DNA from: Polyangiaceae bacterium
GTDB taxonomy: Bacteria; Myxococcota_A; Polyangia; Polyangiales; Polyangiaceae
Assembly (NCBI GenBank): GCA_044376115.1
Contig: JBILLK010000018.1
Span: 64,001 to 128,000 of the forward strand
Length of the DNA stretch: 64,000 nt
Direction of reading: 5' to 3'
How positions within the stretch are numbered: position 1 is the first letter of the stretch; every line of letters begins with the position of its first letter. Of the stretch, positions 57,313 through 64,000 are shown one piece after another. The notes beneath the pieces were generated by a model, which was given only the letters and a program-made list of their open reading frames with translations, had not been told where the DNA came from and searched no databases. The translations under genes were made by a program, and so were the position numbers.

Positions 57313-58536
57313 TCAGCCAGCGTAGCCCTGCTCACCGTGTTGCGACACATCGAGCCCTTCTCGTTCGTCCGCTGGGGCCACCCGCAGATCGAGGAAGCTT
57401 CGAATGATTCGCAGTAGGCCCCAGGTGCCGACGATCGCGACGGCGATCGCGACGACCGATGCCAGCGCCTGCACAAGCAACAGCTTGGCGTTTCCGAAGA
57501 GCAGCCCGTTCGCCCCCACCGTTACGCCGTCGAGCGAGCGCTCCTCGGCGAAGACTCCGGTGAGTAGCGCGCCAACGACTCCGCCTACACCGTGGACGCC
57601 GAAGGCATCGAGCGAATCGTCGTAGCCAAGCCGGTACTTCATTAGCACGGCCCCAAAGCACGCCGCTCCACCGAGCGCCCCCATGACGAAGGCCGCCCAA
57701 GGAGCGACGAAGCCCGCGGCAGGCGTGATGACCACAAGCCCGGCAACGAGTCCCGAGGCAACGCCCAACGCCGTTCCCTTCCCGCCGTGCTTCCACTCGA
57801 GCACGACCCAGCCCAGCGCCCCACCGGCCGCGCCTAGATGGGTATTGATGAACGCGAGTGAAGCAAGCTGACCTGCGCCCAGCGCGCTGCCGGCATTGAA
57901 GCCGAACCAGCCAAACCACAAAACGCCAGCGCCCGTCATCGTCATCGTCAGGTTGTGCGGTAACGGCCGCTCTGCTGGGTACTTGAGGCGTGGCCCAATT
58001 ACGAGCGCGCAGACCAGCGCGGAGACCCCGGCGGTGATGTGGATGACGGTTCCGCCAGCAAAATCAAGCGCACCCAATTTGAACAGCCAACCACCTTCGT
58101 TCCAAACCCAATGAGCCATCGGGCAATAGACAATTAAACTCCAGGCCACCGCAAATACGAGGTAGGCCGAAAAACGCATGCGCTCCGCGAACGCCCCCGA
58201 GATCAGCGCGGGCGTAATCACGGCAAACATCATCTGAAATGAAACAAAGGCCAGCGTCGGGACGGTTCCCCTTTGTTCACCGATCAGCCCGCGCAGTAAG
58301 AAGTGGGACGAGTCGCCGATCCAACCGTTTACAGTGGGTCCAAAGGCGAGCGAGTAGCCAAAGAAGAGCCATAACGCGCTAATGATGGGGATCGCTGCGA
58401 CCGAATGCATGATCGTAGAGAGCACGTTCTTGCGTCGAACGAGCCCGCCGTAGAACAACGCCAGAGCAGGGGTCATCAGCAGCACGAGTGCGCTGGAGGC
58501 AAGCAGCCACGCAGTATCGCCAGTGTCGGGTTTCAT
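57313..58536 (-). CDS. amtB: Ammonium transporter
   Basis: GDTAWLL, FQMMFAVITPALISGA, DFAGGTVIH, LWFGWFGFNAGS, DAFGVHG. Confidence 0.96.
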   Translation of the reverse strand: MKPDTGDTAWLLASSALVLLMTPALALFYGGLVRRKNVLSTIMHSVAAIPIISALWLFFGYSLAFGPTVNGWIGDSSHFLLRGLIGEQRGTVPTLAFVSFQMMFAVITPALISGAFAERMRFSAYLVFAVAWSLIVYCPMAHWVWNEGGWLFKLGALDFAGGTVIHITAGVSALVCALVIGPRLKYPAERPLPHNLTMTMTGAGVLWFGWFGFNAGSALGAGQLASLAFINTHLGAAGGALGWVVLEWKHGGKGTALGVASGLVAGLVVITPAAGFVAPWAAFVMGALGGAACFGAVLMKYRLGYDDSLDAFGVHGVGGVVGALLTGVFAEERSLDGVTVGANGLLFGNAKLLLVQALASVVAIAVAIVGTWGLLRIIRSFLDLRVAPADEREGLDVSQHGEQGYAG

Positions 58537-58561
58537 CGTCCGGCAGCAGAACCGCTCGAGT

Positions 58562-58599
58562 GTTTCCGCAAGGTTTCGGCTGTGTTTCGTGAACGTTCC
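58562..58599 (-). promoter_or_regulatory. Four phased G(G/A)AAC boxes with 11-bp period upstream of amtB
   Basis: GGAAC-N6-GAAAC-N6-GAAAC-N6-GAAAC on the minus strand. Confidence 0.6.
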
Positions 58600-58690
58600 G
58601 ACTAGCCTCAACGGTGTGAAAGTTCACGCGTCGGCGGCCGCTCATGCCTCGAGCGAGCTGCTCGTCAACGTCACCGGCGGCACCATCCCC

Positions 58691-59317
58691 GTGCAGCTAA
58701 GCCCACCTGCGCCGATCCTATTGATCCTGGCGCATGGTGCAGGCGGTACAGTCGAAGACCCACTACTCATAGGGCTTGCGCAGCGGCTTCCACCCCTCGG
58801 GGTGGCCGTCGCACGCGTCAGCTTTCTCTACCGAACCCAAGGGAAAAAGCTCCCCGACAAGCAGCCGGTGCTGGACCGAACCTTCCATGAACTGGCTTTG
58901 GCGCTGATGGAGCAGAGGCCTGCCGCGACCGTTGTTCTTGGAGGAAAATCCATGGGCGGAAGAGTCGCTGCACGCGTCGCGCAGGCGACTGGACTCGGCG
59001 CCGGCGTGTGTTTGTTGTCCTATCCGCTAAAGCCCAAAGCCCGCGTCACCGAGGCCAACCTGATGGACCGGCAACAAACCCTCGAACGACTCACCGTGCC
59101 CTGCTTCGTGGCGCAGGGAACCCGTGATCCTTTTGGGGGCCCGAGTGAAGTGAGCCCGCACCTGCAACAGGGCACCATCTTCCCCGTCGACCACGGCGAC
59201 CACGACCTGCGAGCCCCACGCCGCAGCGCCAAGAGCGATGAGCAACGGCTCGATGAGCTCAGCCATGCCATCGAGGAATGGATCGTCAGCCTCGAGCGGC
59301 TTGGTGCAGCTCGCTGA
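58691..59317 (+). CDS. Alpha/beta hydrolase (KANL3/Tex30-like)
   Basis: LAHGAG, GGKSMGGR, QGTRDPFG, GDHDL. Confidence 0.85.
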   Translation: MQLSPPAPILLILAHGAGGTVEDPLLIGLAQRLPPLGVAVARVSFLYRTQGKKLPDKQPVLDRTFHELALALMEQRPAATVVLGGKSMGGRVAARVAQATGLGAGVCLLSYPLKPKARVTEANLMDRQQTLERLTVPCFVAQGTRDPFGGPSEVSPHLQQGTIFPVDHGDHDLRAPRRSAKSDEQRLDELSHAIEEWIVSLERLGAAR

Positions 59318-59348
59318 CTTCCAATCGACGGGCGCCCAGGGAATGACG

Positions 59349-59405
59349 TCCACTTCGTGGACTCTGTCCACTCCGGTTCTGTTCACTGCATCCACCTTCG
59401 GTGGA
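59349..59405. repeat. REP-like repeat copy
   Basis: Inverted copy of ~54801-54857; includes the TCCACCTTCGGTGGA hairpin. Confidence 0.75.
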
Positions 59406-59447
59406 ATTTCGCGGGCCACTCGCGCTCGGCGGGCGTACGATTTCGCC

Positions 59448-61577
59448 ATGCTTACCGTGCCGTACCGCTTGCCCAATCGCGGGCGCTTCTCGATCAACAC
59501 GCGTCTGCTCAGCTTGCTCTTGGCGCCGCTACTTTGGAGCTGCTCAGACTCCGACACCAAGCCGCCGGTACCACCTGCATGGGAGTGCCAACTCGAGTCG
59601 GGGAGCGACCCAGATTCGGCCAGCAAACTTGGCTGCCAGGCCGACTACGAGATCCTGGCTAGCGAGCCCGCAGATGCGAGTATTCCCGGCGCTACCTCCG
59701 TCAAGACGATCGTCGACCGGGCGGATGAAGAGGCGCTCTACTTTCAGAACTCAAAACGCTACTGCATCCATTGGGACTTTGCGTTTACCCACTTGAGCGG
59801 TGACGGACGGCCGATTGTACCGGAGCTCTCGCAGTTCAACTCGACAGAGTATTACAGCCCCGACCGTCGCTTCATCCTTGGCGCGCTATCGTATTATGAA
59901 GGCCCACAAAAGTGGGTTTACGAGATATCGCCTTATGACAACGCGGACGCTGAGCTTATCGCCACGGCGTTTCGCAAGATTCAAGCAAACGTTTGGGTGG
60001 GTGATGAGCTCTCCTTCCACCCAACGAGCGGCGCGGTCGAAGAGGTTGCCAAGCAGCTGCCGGCGGACATTCCGATCACGAGCACCGACGCGCTGTACGA
60101 GGGAGTTGACTACCAACCCCTCAATCCTGGCTTGAGTACCGGCATTCTTCGCTTCCGCAAGGCCAGTGAAGTGGACGGGACCTATACACCCTATCGCGAG
60201 ATCGTCGTGCTGGATGCCGTACCCAATGACATCTCGATTGTCTCGGGTTTGATTACGGCGCAATTCCAGACGCCGCTTGCACATATCAACGTGCTCTCGG
60301 TCAATCGCGGTACGCCCAACATGGCGCTGCGCAACGCGCTCGAGGACGCTGAGCTCAAGGCGCTCGAGGGCAAGTGGGTAGAGCTCAAGGTGGGCGCCTT
60401 CGACTGGTCGGTCAAGGAGATCACCGAGCAAGAGGCGGACGCTTGGTGGGAGTCCCACAAGCCGGAGCCGATCGAGGTGCAGCCGATGGACCTGTCCGTC
60501 GTCGATCTGCGGGAGACGAGCGAGATGCTCGATCTCGACGCGCTCGACCTACGCGACGCAATCTCGGAGGCCATTCCCGCCTTCGGTGCGAAAGCGACAA
60601 ACTACGGCGCGCTCGCGAATGCTCAGCTCGCTGGGGCCTTCGACAGTATCCCGGGTGACAACGGAGACGGGCCGGTTCAGCTCGGGTTCGGCGTGCCGAT
60701 GTACTTCTACGACCAGTTCATGACCGACAACGGACTCTATGACCGGCTCGACGAGATCATGGCTAACCCGCAATTCAGCGACCCTGTGTATCGCGCGCAG
60801 GCGCTAGAGGACTTCAAAGACGAATTGCGTTCCAAGCCGATGAGGCCCGAGGTGGTAGCGCAAGTGGTTGCTCGCGCAGCCGAGCTCTTCCCGGGAGAAA
60901 AGCTTCGCTTTCGCTCGAGCACCAACTCGGAGGACCTCGGGAAGTTCACCGGCGCTGGCCTTTACAACTCAGAGACAGGCGACCCAGCGATCTCCCCGAG
61001 CGGGGAGAAGGACTCGGTGGAGTGGGCCATGAAAAAGGTCTGGTCGCAGGTTTGGAATCCGCGCGCCTATGAAGAGCGGGACTACTACTCGATGGACCAT
61101 CTCAAGGTCGGGATGGCGCTCTTGGTCCACGCGAACTTCCCGAAGGAGGAGTCGCAAGGGGTGGCCATCACCAACAACCCATTCGACGCGAGCGGGCTCG
61201 AACCTGCGTTCTATGTGAATGGTCAGTTCGGTAACAATGACGTGGTCACGCCTGCCCCTGGCGTGACGGCCGACGCGTATCTCCACTACTTCTACAGCCC
61301 CGGACAACCCATCGTTTACCTCCAACACAGTAACTTGATCAAACCGGGCACGACCGTGCTCAGTGGAGAGCAAGCGAACGGACTCGGGGTCGCGCTCGAC
61401 GCGATCCACCTCTACTTCCAGAGCGCCTACGCAAAGGCTGGCGAGTTTTACGCACTGGAAGTGGATTGGAAGTTTGATGACAAGCTAACCCCGGGCACTC
61501 CTCGCCTGTTCATCAAACAGGCGAGGCCCTACCCCGGCTGGAAAACGGAGCCTTCAGCCGCCTGCGGAGCTCAATAG
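59448..61577 (+). CDS. Lipoprotein with PEP/pyruvate-binding (PPDK_N / PEP-synthase ATP-grasp) domain
   Basis: Lipobox LWSC; FGAKATN, RFRSSTNSED...FTGAGLYNS, IKQARP. Confidence 0.82.
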   Translation: MLTVPYRLPNRGRFSINTRLLSLLLAPLLWSCSDSDTKPPVPPAWECQLESGSDPDSASKLGCQADYEILASEPADASIPGATSVKTIVDRADEEALYFQNSKRYCIHWDFAFTHLSGDGRPIVPELSQFNSTEYYSPDRRFILGALSYYEGPQKWVYEISPYDNADAELIATAFRKIQANVWVGDELSFHPTSGAVEEVAKQLPADIPITSTDALYEGVDYQPLNPGLSTGILRFRKASEVDGTYTPYREIVVLDAVPNDISIVSGLITAQFQTPLAHINVLSVNRGTPNMALRNALEDAELKALEGKWVELKVGAFDWSVKEITEQEADAWWESHKPEPIEVQPMDLSVVDLRETSEMLDLDALDLRDAISEAIPAFGAKATNYGALANAQLAGAFDSIPGDNGDGPVQLGFGVPMYFYDQFMTDNGLYDRLDEIMANPQFSDPVYRAQALEDFKDELRSKPMRPEVVAQVVARAAELFPGEKLRFRSSTNSEDLGKFTGAGLYNSETGDPAISPSGEKDSVEWAMKKVWSQVWNPRAYEERDYYSMDHLKVGMALLVHANFPKEESQGVAITNNPFDASGLEPAFYVNGQFGNNDVVTPAPGVTADAYLHYFYSPGQPIVYLQHSNLIKPGTTVLSGEQANGLGVALDAIHLYFQSAYAKAGEFYALEVDWKFDDKLTPGTPRLFIKQARPYPGWKTEPSAACGAQ

Positions 61578-61582
61578 TTCAA

Positions 61583-62281
61583 TCACACGCCGAGTAGCCG
61601 CTTGACGTCCTCTTCGAACGTCGAGCGGATATGCTCGATCACGGCACCGCGAAGGCGAACCTTGGTGGCCGAAAAGGCGGTGCGCGATAGTTGTCCGAGC
61701 TTGCCCGCTGTCGCGAGCGCCGACGGAAGCACCTCAGCTGCGGTGACCACCTCATCCAAATAGCCGGCAGCACGCGCCTCGACTGGATTGTAGATTTGGC
61801 CGAGCAAAGTCGCTCGTGTGAGCTCTGTCGGTACGAGCCGGGCTCGTGCGAGCTCCATGGCCAGAATCGGCACCGGCATGCCAATGGCTACCTCATTGAG
61901 ACCGAGCTTGAAGGCGCCATCCGCACCGACTCGATGATCCGCGGTGAGCGCCACGAGCGCACCGCCGGCGAGCGCATGGCCGGTGCACGCAACGACCAAG
62001 GGCAAGGGCGTAGCGAAGAGCTTCAGCAGGAGATCGGCCCCTTGCTTGAGCAGCGCTTTGGCGGCCTCGGGCCCGCTCATCATCACGCGCAGGTCGAAGC
62101 CTGCGCAAAAGCGCTCGGGTCGACCGGCGAGGACGATCGCCGTGGCCTCCTGTTCTGCGCGATCGATTGCCGCCGTGAGCGCTTCAATCATCGGCACCGA
62201 GAGAGCGTTCGCTTTGCCGTCATCCATCTGAAGGAGGGCGACGGATTGATCGAGGGAGTAGGTCAGGGGGGATTCAGCCAC
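61583..62281 (-). CDS. Enoyl-CoA hydratase / crotonase family protein
   Basis: KANAL, FCAGFDL, GHALAGG, LNEVAIG. Confidence 0.9.
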   Translation of the reverse strand: MAESPLTYSLDQSVALLQMDDGKANALSVPMIEALTAAIDRAEQEATAIVLAGRPERFCAGFDLRVMMSGPEAAKALLKQGADLLLKLFATPLPLVVACTGHALAGGALVALTADHRVGADGAFKLGLNEVAIGMPVPILAMELARARLVPTELTRATLLGQIYNPVEARAAGYLDEVVTAAEVLPSALATAGKLGQLSRTAFSATKVRLRGAVIEHIRSTFEEDVKRLLGV

Positions 62282-62376
62282 GCTGGGAGGCTACTCGCCA
62301 CGACTCGGGAAGCAAGCGATGTTCGCTTGCACCGGCGCCCGTGGACGCGCGGGACGAACGCGCTTAACCGACGCCA

Positions 62377-64000
62377 GTGAGTTCCGAAAAGTCTCCGTCC
62401 GAAGAGCGCCCGGTCGTTGAATCCGCCGCGAACGAAGGGCCCGAGAGCCTCGAACTGCCCGCCCTTCCGCCCCGCCGCACCGGCTTGTGGTTGGGCGTTA
62501 CTGCGCTCGTGCTGGGGCTCGCCGGCTTTGGAGCGTACACGCTCGCGACCCAACCCGACCCCCTGCGAGTCCTCGTCGCGATCGACATCGAGGGGCAAGC
62601 GTGGGACGGCTCGAGGCCTGCTGCGGCCGTCGCCGATAGCGTCGGCAAGGGGCTCGAGAAGATCGGCTTTGAGCCTGTGGATGGCGGTGACCCCAAAGTC
62701 GATAAGGTGCTTACGAGCGAGAAGGACCTGATTCGCGCAGCGCGCAAACTCGAGGCCGGCTTCGTCCTCTCCGGCACGCTCAGTCCCGAAGTGATCGAAC
62801 ACCCGATCGCCGGGGGTCTGTTCGAGGTGCGAACCAAGACGACGTTGACCGTGCGGAACACCAAGGAAGGCCGCGGCGTCGAGGTCCCGCTCGAAGTTTG
62901 GAGCTACGGAAGAACCAAAGAAGCCGCGCTCGAGTCGCTGGCTGAAACAGTCTCCGCGCGGGTGTTCGACGGAGCCGTGCCCGCCCTGCTCGATCACCCA
63001 GTCATCAAGGAAAAATTGAAGGGTGATATTGCCACCCAAGCTCGCCTCGCCTTGGCTGAAAAGTACGTAGCGGCTCGCGAGCGACAGCTCAAAGACGTCA
63101 AGCTTCAATATGAAAAGCTCGACCAAGAGCACGCGAGCTTTGCGACGAATCCCTTTCCGATTACCTATTACGGCAACTTTAGTGAAGACGTTCGGCTAGG
63201 CGGCGCGACGGACCGAGGCCCGGTGTTTCGCTCGGCAGACGTATCGCCGTTCGTTCGTCCAGGTGACGTGTCGCTCTCCTGGGCCTACCAATTAGAGACC
63301 CTCGCGGTGCGTGATAACGAGCGCAAAGATGCAGTCTTATGGCGGGGCTACCACATCCTGGAAACGCCCGGGGCTGCGCCAGAAGGCTTTCCCATCGTCT
63401 TCTCCGAGGACCTGCTCGGCTGGGCCAAGACGGTTACCGTGGTTGAGGAAGGAGGTGCTTCGCGCAGGCTCCTCGTCCACCCGGAGACTCGTTATTACAA
63501 CCCCAAGGTGAGTCCTGGCGGAGCCTATGCCGCCTTTCACGAAAAACCGTGCCGCAACTGCTCGCGTGAACTCGCTGTCATCGACCTCAAGAGTGGGCAG
63601 ACGCTGTACCGCAGAGTGTCTGGCGACAAGGGCCCGGATGAACGACTCGGGGGCTACGCCTGGCTCAGCAAGGATGAGCTCGCCTTCGTCGGCGACCCCC
63701 ACCCGACGATCACAGACGCACCGCCAGCGCATGAGGCCAAAGACAGCGCGGAGGAGCCACCCGCGATCGCCTTGGGCGAGCTGCGGATCGTCAAACTTTC
63801 GAGTTCACCGCCACTCGAGCGCCTCGTCTATTCAGCAGGGCGCAGCTGCTCCGAGCTAGCGGCCTCCACCGCAACAGGCCAAATCGCGATGACCTGCACC
63901 GGCCAAGACGGAGCGAGCAACCTGGTTTTGGTCGACGGCAAAACAGGCGAAGGCCGCGACAGCGGCTGGTCCGGCGATGGCCCCGAGTACTCGCGTGATG
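62377..64000 (+). CDS. Membrane-anchored hypothetical protein with TolB-like C-terminal region, 3'-truncated by the window edge
   Basis: GTG at 62377, TM segment LWLGVTALVLGLAGFGAY, later VSPGG motif; absent from the ORF track because no stop codon occurs before the edge. Confidence 0.65.
   Translation, partial: MSSEKSPSEERPVVESAANEGPESLELPALPPRRTGLWLGVTALVLGLAGFGAYTLATQPDPLRVLVAIDIEGQAWDGSRPAAAVADSVGKGLEKIGFEPVDGGDPKVDKVLTSEKDLIRAARKLEAGFVLSGTLSPEVIEHPIAGGLFEVRTKTTLTVRNTKEGRGVEVPLEVWSYGRTKEAALESLAETVSARVFDGAVPALLDHPVIKEKLKGDIATQARLALAEKYVAARERQLKDVKLQYEKLDQEHASFATNPFPITYYGNFSEDVRLGGATDRGPVFRSADVSPFVRPGDVSLSWAYQLETLAVRDNERKDAVLWRGYHILETPGAAPEGFPIVFSEDLLGWAKTVTVVEEGGASRRLLVHPETRYYNPKVSPGGAYAAFHEKPCRNCSRELAVIDLKSGQTLYRRVSGDKGPDERLGGYAWLSKDELAFVGDPHPTITDAPPAHEAKDSAEEPPAIALGELRIVKLSSSPPLERLVYSAGRSCSELAASTATGQIAMTCTGQDGASNLVLVDGKTGEGRDSGWSGDGPEYSRD

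Noticed and set aside
62263..63132. 289-aa minus-strand ORF
   Set aside because: It is the antisense shadow of the plus-strand gene running off the window.

Overview
GC-rich chromosomal window, most likely from a Myxococcota (probably Polyangiales-like) genome. This is inferred from the MYXO-CTERM tail, the Hanks-type kinases and the many Cys-rich lipoproteins. It holds about 50 CDS, including topA, manA, astB, amtB, sohB, a DEAD-box helicase, a TonB-ExbB-ExbD-ExbD-TBDR-lipoprotein operon, two L,D-transpeptidases and two Ser/Thr kinases, plus tRNA-Thr(CGT). No transposase, integrase or CRISPR array was recognised. The standout is a ~1.45 kb stretch with no credible ORF (minus strand, ~6938 to 5446) that reads as a discrete, highly structured non-coding RNA. 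It has a sigma70-like promoter preceded by phased DnaA boxes, three nested helices pairing its 5' and 3' ends, many tetraloop hairpins and an intrinsic terminator, and it matches no RNA class I recognise. Other points of interest: a tightly packed operon with three radical SAM enzymes and a glycosyltransferase; a 55-aa peptide ending in PCTD behind a sigma54-like promoter; a GlnR-like GAAAC-N6 array upstream of amtB; a TsdA/SoxA-like diheme cytochrome operon; an exported PEP-synthase-like lipoprotein; and a dispersed REP-like repeat family. All calls were made by eye, with no searches or folding run.
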